Assembly (NCBI GenBank): GCA_047602425.1
Contig: JASGHG010000001.1
Span: 1,856,001 to 1,920,000, forward strand
Direction of reading: 5' to 3'
DNA from: Nibricoccus sp.
GTDB lineage: Bacteria; Verrucomicrobiota; Verrucomicrobiia; Opitutales; Opitutaceae
DNA length: 64,000 nt
The notes under the pieces are model-generated. The model searched no databases. It was not told the origin of the DNA and was given only the letters and a program-made list of their open reading frames with translations. Below, piece after piece: positions 40,203 through 48,011 of the stretch. Position 1 is the first letter of the stretch, and every line of letters begins with the position of its first letter. Position numbers and translations under genes: made by a program.

Positions 40203-41129
40203 TCAGGGAGTAGTTGGAGTGAGTGTCAGTTGTTGCCCATCCGCATGAGGCACCAGCCGCCCGGCCCCGTCACCACCGCCCAGCAATTCCTGCGCGAGGG
40301 CATTGCGGATCAAAAGTTCAGTAGCATCACGCATCGGACGCGCACCAAGCCGTTCGTGGTAACCGCGCTGTATCACGACTTCCGATACAGCTTTCTCTGG
40401 TGTGATTGCGAAGCCGCGTGTCGCAAGCGCAGAGCATTCCTTCGCGATCATCCCGCCGGCAATCGCGCACTGAGCATCAAAATCGAGTTTATTGAAGACA
40501 ACCGTGACGGTGATGCGCGCAAAGATTTCCGGACGGAGTTCGCGTTGCGCGTCCTGGCGCACAAGACGCTCCATCGTTTCATACTTTGATTTGCGCATTC
40601 CCATGATGCGCTGCGCACCGATGTTACTCGTGAGCACGATATACCATTGAGAGAAATCCAACACCCTGTTACGCCCGGTAGTCAGACGAGCCGCGTCGAG
40701 CAGTTGCAGCAGCACGTCGAGGACGCGTGGATGAGCTTTCTCGATTTCGTCGAAGAGCAATGTTCCGCGCCCCTCGCACGCATCGAACCCTTCGGCAATG
40801 CGACCCGCCTCATCGCCTGTACCGAGAAGAAGCGCCAGGCGATCTGCCGTCTGATATTCCGACATGTCGAGTCGAACTACCCGGTCAGCACCAATCAGAT
40901 CTTCGGTGAAGCGAAGCGTGAGCTCGGTTTTACCAACGCCAGTTGGCCCAAGAAACATGAAGCTCGCTTTAGGGCGACCGGCCGTCGTCAGGCCCAGTTC
41001 ACCGTGCTGGAGCCGTTCGGCCACGAGATCGATAGCCATGTCTTGCCCTGTGAGCACGGTCTTGAGGCGCGTCGAAAGCGAGCGTAGTTGCTCGCGCTTC
41101 GCATCAGTCAGGATCATAGAGCTTACCAT
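40203..41129 (-). CDS. Stand-alone ClpB-D2-like AAA+ ATPase
   Basis: GQDMAI, RPKASFMFLGPTGVGKTE, LDMSEY, LLFDEIEKAHP, TSNIG, RPE, LGARPMR. Confidence 0.85.
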   Translation of the reverse strand: MVSSMILTDAKREQLRSLSTRLKTVLTGQDMAIDLVAERLQHGELGLTTAGRPKASFMFLGPTGVGKTELTLRFTEDLIGADRVVRLDMSEYQTADRLALLLGTGDEAGRIAEGFDACEGRGTLLFDEIEKAHPRVLDVLLQLLDAARLTTGRNRVLDFSQWYIVLTSNIGAQRIMGMRKSKYETMERLVRQDAQRELRPEIFARITVTVVFNKLDFDAQCAIAGGMIAKECSALATRGFAITPEKAVSEVVIQRGYHERLGARPMRDATELLIRNALAQELLGGGDGAGRLVPHADGQQLTLTPTTP

Positions 41130-41677
41130 TTCACCTCCGGATTCTGATTCTTTACCGGGCCTGAGGCAGGAGCGACCGGTGCCGATTCTGCCAGCGCAAC
41201 CGTGCGCTGACGATTGCGCTCTGTTTCCAATTGCTCCTTCAACTTGAGCACATCGGCACTCTGCCGAACCAATGTCGCGAACAATGCTTTTACCTTTTGC
41301 TCCGCGTCAGCCATCGTTGCTTGAGCCGTACGCATGTCCGTCGTGACCTGACGTTGCTTGGCAAGCTCTACATCCAACTCCGCGCTAGCTGACAGCGGTG
41401 AAAAGCTCGGCGGTGGAAACGACGTCCGAGGTGTGGATTCAAGAACGTTGCTCACAAATGACGGGACCCGCGTGCGCCGATACACGGCGTGCGGCTCATG
41501 GCGAAGCGCCGGGTTCGCCGGTTCGCGATAGCTACGCATCTCGTATCGCGTTTCCGCGTATTTGACGGAAGAAGCCACTTCCAGCGGTCGCAACGGTGGA
41601 ACACGATCAAGGACAGCTGGCTCGTTGGCACAGCCCGTCAAAAGAACGGTGAGCATAAAAATCGGCAAGAAGCGCAT
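41123..41677 (-). CDS. Lipoprotein in the tra operon
   Basis: Lipobox LLTGC; coiled-coil C-terminal half. Confidence 0.7.
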   Translation of the reverse strand: MRFLPIFMLTVLLTGCANEPAVLDRVPPLRPLEVASSVKYAETRYEMRSYREPANPALRHEPHAVYRRTRVPSFVSNVLESTPRTSFPPPSFSPLSASAELDVELAKQRQVTTDMRTAQATMADAEQKVKALFATLVRQSADVLKLKEQLETERNRQRTVALAESAPVAPASGPVKNQNPEVKW

Positions 41678-41679
41678 AT

Positions 41680-43728
41680 TTATTCCTTTGGTTGGTTCGG
41701 TTGAGAAAGAGGAACGGTCTCGATCTCTGGGCGCGCGGGCGTGTCAGGCTGTCGATTTTTCACGCCAGCAATACTGGCTTTCTGCGGATCAACCGCCTCT
41801 CGCACGTAGACGTAAAATTCTTTTCCGGCTGCCACACGGACGAAATAGCCGTTTTCTTCGATGTCCTTCAGCGTACGTTTCGCGTAAAGGTTAAAGACAT
41901 CGCCCGCACCTTCGCGAACTCCGTTCGAAAGTGAACCGGTGATGGTTGTCCCTAAGGCGTTTTGCTGGCGGTCCTGCGTCCCGCGCGCAAAGCCGCTCAG
42001 TGCAGCCGAAGCGAGCATCTTGAGTTCCTGCAGATCGTCGCTGGCCACGATGCGACCCCTGATTCCACCTGAACCATCCGTTATGCCATAACCATCGATG
42101 TCCTGATCGTATTCGCGATCCAGCGCTACGCCGTTGAAAACGAGCTCGCGCCCGTCCTGCCAAACAAACCGCCAAGCGCCGGTCGCCGTGATCCGATCGC
42201 GCAGGCGTCCCGCGCGTGCCGTGCCATGCACTAGCGTGTTTGCCGGGATGATCTTTTTTCCGTTTTGCCAAACGTCTTCGAGCAATACCGCGATGAGCGG
42301 CGTTTCGAGATTCGCGCTGTCGATCGTGTTAACGAGCTTACACTTCAAGAGTGTGCCGAAGGGGATGAATCGCTCGGGCGGTTGTTCCGTTTTGTCAGAC
42401 TTACCGGCTGGTGCGTCATAGCTGGCAAGCAATGAAGCGTAGCGTATTTTTTTCGGTTTTGGCTCTGCCTTGGCCACCGCTGCTTTCGCGTTGGCTGGCG
42501 TCGAGTCAGACGTACCGTTTTGCGCAGCTACTGCCGACACTGGGCGGAAAGGAATGATGCCGTTTGAAGCGACCTCGTCATTTTTAGCTGTCTTCGTTGG
42601 TTCTGGATTCACCTGCTGCGGAGTTCCGCTTTCCAATCCTTGGGTCAGTGGCACCTTCACCTGGCCAAGTTCGACTTTTTTGTTTTTATGCGCGGCCAGC
42701 TTCTCTGCTTCGCGCTGGCTTGCCTGGTGTTTTCCGTAAATCCAAAGACCGGAAAACAGGACAATGACAAAGATGACGAACAGACCGAATTTGCTTTTGA
42801 AAAAGAGGGCGAGTGAACGGGGATTCATCGGCGCGCAACCTCCCTTTGCACGACCGGAGTCATGGAGAGCTGCGTCGGACCGGCGAGCGCAGTTGACGAG
42901 GATCGTGAATGCGTTGTCGACGCTCAGATCGTTGCGTGTGCCATCCGGCAACCCGACAATGGCGAACTCAGCTTCGGCGATTTCGCCTGGTTGGAGGACG
43001 CGTGGGCCATTGGCAATCGATTGCTCGAAACGTTCCTGCACGATGCGTGCAGCAAACGTATTCGGCGCAATATCGATCACGCTGTCCGTCGTGTTGCGCA
43101 GCTTCAGGAGAAACACCACCGCATCCTCTTTCGAGAAACGGTAAATCTCCTGCACGGTGATTTCGATCTCCGGTAAACCGATAATACGATTCGGTGTCCG
43201 CTGCGAAACGCCCTCGACCGCTTTCGGCAGCGCCTTCACCAGGAAAGGATATGCGCGCGCACGATCAAGGAGACTCAAGCCAATGCGTGGAGAAAACTTC
43301 ACTACCTCCGGCACTGACTCGACGCGTGCAGCCGTCTGCGCATCGGCGCGTTTGAAGATCGCACTGGCGACCGAATCGCCTTCGACCGACTGTAATTGGA
43401 GGACGTATGCGCTTCCCTCGAATATCGCCGTCAATCGTCCGGCTGCGCCGGGTTGGAGGCTTCGGATCAGGATAAAATTACTTCCGGGTGCGTGGGTGAC
43501 GTGAAACCGAACCGCTAAATCCTCCTCAATTTCAACCGCCGCCCCACCCCGGTCAATCAGCATGTCGGCACCCGCCACGGCAGTCAGTGCGCCGGGAAAT
43601 ATCACCGTCGTAATTTCACGTGATACTGGCAGGTCAACCGACCGTGTGGGATCGAGAAGAAAATCGCGGATTGGCTGAGCGTGAAGCAAAGATGCGGAGA
43701 AAAATGCCAGGCTGAAGAATTTCCACAT
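41680..43728 (-). CDS. In-frame fusion of a TraK/VirB9-like secreted protein (43728 to about 42830) and a TrbI/VirB10-family protein (42828-41680)
   Basis: Signal peptide and TTVIFP at the N-terminus; internal GGAGG RBS plus ATG at 42828 followed by a TM; IPFGTLLKCKLVNTIDS...IIPANTLVHG VirB10-like domain. Confidence 0.7.
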   Translation of the reverse strand: MWKFFSLAFFSASLLHAQPIRDFLLDPTRSVDLPVSREITTVIFPGALTAVAGADMLIDRGGAAVEIEEDLAVRFHVTHAPGSNFILIRSLQPGAAGRLTAIFEGSAYVLQLQSVEGDSVASAIFKRADAQTAARVESVPEVVKFSPRIGLSLLDRARAYPFLVKALPKAVEGVSQRTPNRIIGLPEIEITVQEIYRFSKEDAVVFLLKLRNTTDSVIDIAPNTFAARIVQERFEQSIANGPRVLQPGEIAEAEFAIVGLPDGTRNDLSVDNAFTILVNCARRSDAALHDSGRAKGGCAPMNPRSLALFFKSKFGLFVIFVIVLFSGLWIYGKHQASQREAEKLAAHKNKKVELGQVKVPLTQGLESGTPQQVNPEPTKTAKNDEVASNGIIPFRPVSAVAAQNGTSDSTPANAKAAVAKAEPKPKKIRYASLLASYDAPAGKSDKTEQPPERFIPFGTLLKCKLVNTIDSANLETPLIAVLLEDVWQNGKKIIPANTLVHGTARAGRLRDRITATGAWRFVWQDGRELVFNGVALDREYDQDIDGYGITDGSGGIRGRIVASDDLQELKMLASAALSGFARGTQDRQQNALGTTITGSLSNGVREGAGDVFNLYAKRTLKDIEENGYFVRVAAGKEFYVYVREAVDPQKASIAGVKNRQPDTPARPEIETVPLSQPNQPKE

Positions 43729-43734
43729 AGGTTT

Positions 43735-44400
43735 TCATGTTTTAATTGGTTCGACTTGGAACGCCGCGACCGCAGTCGGGAATCGTCCGTTACGGGTCAG
43801 GTCGGGGTTCACCAGAAATTTGAACTTCACCCGGTAGCGCAGGACTTCGGTGATCGGTGCGCCTTGATATGCGCCGACACGGATCAGCTGGATGTCCGCC
43901 GAGGTGTAGAAGGCATTGTCACGCGTGCTGAGAACTTCGGGAGGGCCGATTTCAACTTTCTGGTGAAGAGACTTTGCCTCGAATTCCGCCTTGGTCTTGC
44001 CGAGCGCAGTCTGCGCGACTTGCGCCGCATCGCGCAAAAAGAGCTGTTTGAAAAGCTCCGGATTATCCAAGCCCGCTGGGTTGCGTTCGAAGAGCGCCTT
44101 GCAAGCGAGCTTGGTCTGCATCGCGTGCAGATCTTTCGCCTGTTGAATATCGACGACCGCCGAAACGTAATAGGTACCAAGACTGTCAATCAGCACGACC
44201 TCACGCTTGTGGGTGAGTTTCGCGATGAGTTGTTGACGGTCCCAAGCCGACCAAATCCACGCGGCAATCGCGATAACGAACCAAATCAATGAACTACGGC
44301 GTTGTCGCTCGAATATCGCGAGCAACGAGTTCTTCTGTTTGCCGAATTTAGGCACGGCAGGAGCCTCCACCCGCTGGGTGGCCTCGGAAGTCTCTGTCAT
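43735..44400 (-). CDS. VirB8/TraE-like bitopic T4SS protein
   Basis: Single TM near the N-terminus; C-terminal VNPDLTRNGRFP; lies between the VirB6-like and VirB9-like genes. Confidence 0.55.
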   Translation of the reverse strand: MTETSEATQRVEAPAVPKFGKQKNSLLAIFERQRRSSLIWFVIAIAAWIWSAWDRQQLIAKLTHKREVVLIDSLGTYYVSAVVDIQQAKDLHAMQTKLACKALFERNPAGLDNPELFKQLFLRDAAQVAQTALGKTKAEFEAKSLHQKVEIGPPEVLSTRDNAFYTSADIQLIRVGAYQGAPITEVLRYRVKFKFLVNPDLTRNGRFPTAVAAFQVEPIKT

Positions 44401-44407
44401 AGTTAGG

Positions 44408-44602
44408 TTATTTCTTGTGTGGTTGCTTTGTCCGCTGAGTCTGAACTTTTTTAGGAATAGGAGGTGGGTCGCTCTCCGATTCGTCATCGCGCAAAAACTC
44501 GCCCAAGTTTTTCGCGATGGTTTCTTCCGCATCAGCCAGACGCTTCAAAGCCCGTGCTGACTTCTCAAGTGCTTCGGTGTGTCGTCGGTTGGTGTTGAAC
44601 AT
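44408..44602 (-). CDS. Small hypothetical protein (64 aa)
   Basis: MFNTNRRH... fills the gap between neighbours with 4- and 7-bp spacings. Confidence 0.5.
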   Translation of the reverse strand: MFNTNRRHTEALEKSARALKRLADAEETIAKNLGEFLRDDESESDPPPIPKKVQTQRTKQPHKK

Positions 44603-44606
44603 AAAA

Positions 44607-45788
44607 TCAAATATCGAGCGCTTCTTTGTTTGGATCATCATTGTGTGGTTGATGGTCAAAACCGCTACGGCTTTTCTTTTTCGAACGATTATGCGCGAGA
44701 ATTTCCGCAGCCATCTTCTCAGAAGTAGCAGCTCTGCGAGTATGAGCTTCAGCTGCCATTTCAGCAGCAACCGTATTCCTCCGCATGTAGCTACCTTGAT
44801 AAAAACCCGAAAGTCCATTGATTGCTGTACTCGTGGTCCGGGCTGATCCACCTCCACGTGCAGCCGATTCACTTCCGGTCGCCAATGTTCCAACAGCAGC
44901 CGCTGCGATCACCGCAGGTGCGGCTCCACCACCGGTCGCAACGGTGACCGCCGCACCAGTACCGCCAGCGAACGCCGATTGCATGACCCCACCGATCCCT
45001 TGTCCCATCGCTGCGGCCGGGTTCGCTCCCATCAACAGAATTTTCGTCGTGACCCATGGAGCCAGAATCGAACTGATCAGCATCCACGCCCCAACAAGCA
45101 GCACCGTCAACGCTGGCGCAGCGAGTGGAGCACCAGCTATGAACACTGGAAGCAAATTCGCCGTCGCAGCAGCATCGAGCATTGCGTTAGTCACAACTGC
45201 GGCCATCACCCAGCCGAACGGCCAGCAGACGAGAGCGATCAAGCCGAGCAAGAAGCGTTGAGCAACTCCGGCCATCGGTCGAACCATGAAGAACGCGAGG
45301 AAGATCGGACTGATCGACCAGCCGGCCGTCAGCAAAACACCGCCGATGAGTTTCACCACGTATTGAACTCCCCACGACAACCAACCGAACAGCCACAAGA
45401 ATGCGTATGATATGGCCGTGCCAATCGATTTGGTTCCCCAGATGATATCCCACACGCTAGAGTTGGGATTAGCCGAGGTTTTGCCGGCAATGAACTGAAC
45501 AAACCGGTCGTCTACCGCAGTAGGGTCGACACCCATCATCGCCGAGAACGCATAAACAATATCGTTCAGCCTCATTAGCCACTCACGCAGAAAAACTGTG
45601 CTGATCCCGATGATGAGCACTTTGGTCAAAAGCCAGACGAAGGAGCTCGCGTCTGGACGGCTTCGCACTGTTTGAAAAACCAAGCCCGCAGCCACAATCG
45701 CGCTTCCAACATACGCACAGCCGCCCCACAACGTGGAAAGGCCATCGAAGTAGGAAGACGGAAGTATGGTGCCGAAAACAGGGAGCAT
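44607..45788 (-). CDS. VirB6/TrbL-like polytopic T4SS protein
   Basis: Multiple TMs (SPIFLAFF...WPFGW) and Gly/Ala-rich tail. Confidence 0.75.
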   Translation of the reverse strand: MLPVFGTILPSSYFDGLSTLWGGCAYVGSAIVAAGLVFQTVRSRPDASSFVWLLTKVLIIGISTVFLREWLMRLNDIVYAFSAMMGVDPTAVDDRFVQFIAGKTSANPNSSVWDIIWGTKSIGTAISYAFLWLFGWLSWGVQYVVKLIGGVLLTAGWSISPIFLAFFMVRPMAGVAQRFLLGLIALVCWPFGWVMAAVVTNAMLDAAATANLLPVFIAGAPLAAPALTVLLVGAWMLISSILAPWVTTKILLMGANPAAAMGQGIGGVMQSAFAGGTGAAVTVATGGGAAPAVIAAAAVGTLATGSESAARGGGSARTTSTAINGLSGFYQGSYMRRNTVAAEMAAEAHTRRAATSEKMAAEILAHNRSKKKSRSGFDHQPHNDDPNKEALDI

Positions 45789-45801
45789 CGATAATTTTAG
45801 T

Positions 45802-46041
45802 TCAGGGATTCGGTTTGGTGGTTTGTGGAGGTTGCTCAGTTTTCTTCGCAGGCTTGTTGAGTTTGAAGAACGGCTCGGATTTGAATGCATTGGGCAATGC
45901 ATCCATTTCTTTGCGGGCGGCTTCGGCCCGCGCCTTGGCCTCAGCCTCTTCCCTGGCGCGACGAGCCTCGGCTTCGCGGTCCGTACAAGCAGTTGCAAAA
46001 AGTGCGAGAAGCACGCCTCCGGCGATGAGCATTGTTTTCAT
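45802..46041 (-). CDS. Small lipoprotein, probable entry-exclusion (TrbK/Eex position)
   Basis: Lipobox FATAC, 79 aa, between the VirB5-like and VirB6-like genes. Confidence 0.55.
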   Translation of the reverse strand: MKTMLIAGGVLLALFATACTDREAEARRAREEAEAKARAEAARKEMDALPNAFKSEPFFKLNKPAKKTEQPPQTTKPNP

Positions 46042-46078
46042 GCGCAAAGATTGACCGAGTAACCGTAGGAAAGTTGCG

Positions 46079-46888
46079 TTACTGGCCTAAACGCCGTTCA
46101 GTTACAAATTGGAGCATGCACTCGTAGTTGGGCGTGAATGTTGTGGAAATCTTGTCCACCTCCTGTTGCGAAAGCTTTCGCCGCGTCTCGGCCTCTGCCT
46201 CAGCTTGTGCATTCTGCATCGCGGTGGCCTCTGCCTCTTTCACTTTCACCTCGGCAGCGCTAAGCGAAACTTCCGAATCCACCGTCGAGAGCTGGGCATA
46301 TTGTGCGTCTAGCACTGCCTGAAGTTTTTGTTGCTCGGCCTCGGTTGTCGCAGCCTGCATCGCTTCGCTTGTGAGCGCGATGCCGCGCTTCAGATCCTGG
46401 CGTCGGGTGTAAACGTCACTTTGCACCGACTTGAAATCATCAACTGTCACTATCACATCGTGTGACTGCTTAAATAGCCTGGGATCGCGCGTGACCGGTC
46501 TCCCGTCGAAGTCGAAATACTGAGGTGTGATTTCCGGGAAGAGGCCACCTCGCGTGTCACCAAAGAGTCCGCTCCCGTTGATGGTCGTCGTGCGGTCGTT
46601 CCATCGTCTGACCTGTGACGGCAGACTGAGGTCACGACGGAATTCGGAAAATCCGATCAGGTTGCGATAGGTCGCCATGTCACCCATGCGTTGCAACTGG
46701 CTTTCGAGTTGTCGGATTTGCTCAACCTGATTTTTTATCTGTATCACCTGTTTAGCAATTTGCTCACCCATTGCAGCATAGTTCAAAACGCTTTGCATGA
46801 GATTTGGGACGTCGAACACGGCCCATTGAGCCGAGGCGGGAATCGCCGTGGCGACGGCGAACAATACGAGTGCGATTAGTTTTCTCAT
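46079..46888 (-). CDS. VirB5/TrbJ-like protein
   Basis: Signal peptide then AQWAVFDVPN...QIKNQVEQIRQLESQL Gln-rich helix. Confidence 0.7.
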   Translation of the reverse strand: MRKLIALVLFAVATAIPASAQWAVFDVPNLMQSVLNYAAMGEQIAKQVIQIKNQVEQIRQLESQLQRMGDMATYRNLIGFSEFRRDLSLPSQVRRWNDRTTTINGSGLFGDTRGGLFPEITPQYFDFDGRPVTRDPRLFKQSHDVIVTVDDFKSVQSDVYTRRQDLKRGIALTSEAMQAATTEAEQQKLQAVLDAQYAQLSTVDSEVSLSAAEVKVKEAEATAMQNAQAEAEAETRRKLSQQEVDKISTTFTPNYECMLQFVTERRLGQ

Positions 46889-47370
46889 GATCCAGTCTCC
46901 TCTTTTGGCATCACCACACGGATGACACGTTTGGTTGCTTCACGGCGAACTCCGTCCCGTTCACTGGGCGGCACCGTGATTTCATACAAAGTTTCCTCGT
47001 AACCGTCGTCGGTTCGCGGGCGCTGATTGTCGCGTGCGATCCAGTACTGCTGTTTCACCGCGTTCGATTGGCCCTTTTCATAACCGGCGAGAAAAGCCTC
47101 TTTCTGAGCCTTATTGTTGAAGTAATTGATCGTCTCCCCAACGACAAAACCCGCAGCCGCACCAATCGCAGCGCCCTTGGCTTTGTAGTTACTGTTATTC
47201 GCCCCAATATATCCTCCCGCAGCCGTGGTAGCAGCGGTCGTAGTGAAATCACGCGTGCGTCCGGCTGAGTCGCCTCCTGCTGTCGAACAGCCAGAAACGG
47301 CGAAAGCCGATATAGCCAGCGCCATACATAAGGAGGATTTCAAGTATTGATTCATATTTTTGAGAGTCAT
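46885..47370 (-). CDS. Glycine-zipper lipoprotein in the tra operon
   Basis: Lipobox VSGC; AAGGYIG...GAAIGAAAGFVVG; ATGA overlap with the next gene. Confidence 0.7.
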   Translation of the reverse strand: MTLKNMNQYLKSSLCMALAISAFAVSGCSTAGGDSAGRTRDFTTTAATTAAGGYIGANNSNYKAKGAAIGAAAGFVVGETINYFNNKAQKEAFLAGYEKGQSNAVKQQYWIARDNQRPRTDDGYEETLYEITVPPSERDGVRREATKRVIRVVMPKEETGS

Positions 47371-47390
47371 GCTTATTGGTTAGTGGTTAC

Positions 47391-48008
47391 TTATGGTTCG
47401 CCTATCGTGAGCTTAAGCTCATGTCTCTCCACTATAGCCTCGCGGAATTCTTCGCGCGCGCATTGGCGCTCAATGGCACGACCAATGAGCACGCTCGGCT
47501 TGATCTGGCCTTCGAGGAACCCAACGATTTCCGCTCGCGTGCGCATGCGATCAGCCGCCGAAAGATGTTCGACTTCGAGGATCGTTTCCACTTCCGCTAC
47601 CGTCTCGTTATCGGCCGGATCGTCAGATTCATCGGACCGTTCCGCGTAAGGCTCCAATGCTGATGACAGGCGCTCCTCTTCAGCCAGGACATACCCGGCA
47701 CTCAACACGTCATGCGGTTCTGAACTCGCGAGAATGAGCGTATCCTCATTTGCATTTTGGCGAGGTTGCCCGGCAAGATCCTGCACACCCGGCTCCATGA
47801 GACGAAAAACCAGCGCGCCGTCATCAATCGCGACATCCACACGACGATTAGAACCAAGATTGGCCTGGTCCGAGGGGAAATGCATCAGTGTTCGAGCCGT
47901 GGCGGCGAGTGCGACATTGTCCGTTGCCACACGTTGCTCGTTTTGGAACTGACGACCGAGATTCGCCAGTTGCTGCGCTTCGATTTTGATTCCTTGGTTC
48001 GTTTTCAT
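47391..48008 (-). CDS. Hypothetical protein in the tra operon
   Basis: 205-aa ORF starting 3 bp after the VirB4 stop; acidic, no TM. Confidence 0.65.
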   Translation of the reverse strand: MKTNQGIKIEAQQLANLGRQFQNEQRVATDNVALAATARTLMHFPSDQANLGSNRRVDVAIDDGALVFRLMEPGVQDLAGQPRQNANEDTLILASSEPHDVLSAGYVLAEEERLSSALEPYAERSDESDDPADNETVAEVETILEVEHLSAADRMRTRAEIVGFLEGQIKPSVLIGRAIERQCAREEFREAIVERHELKLTIGEP

Positions 48009-48011
48009 GAT

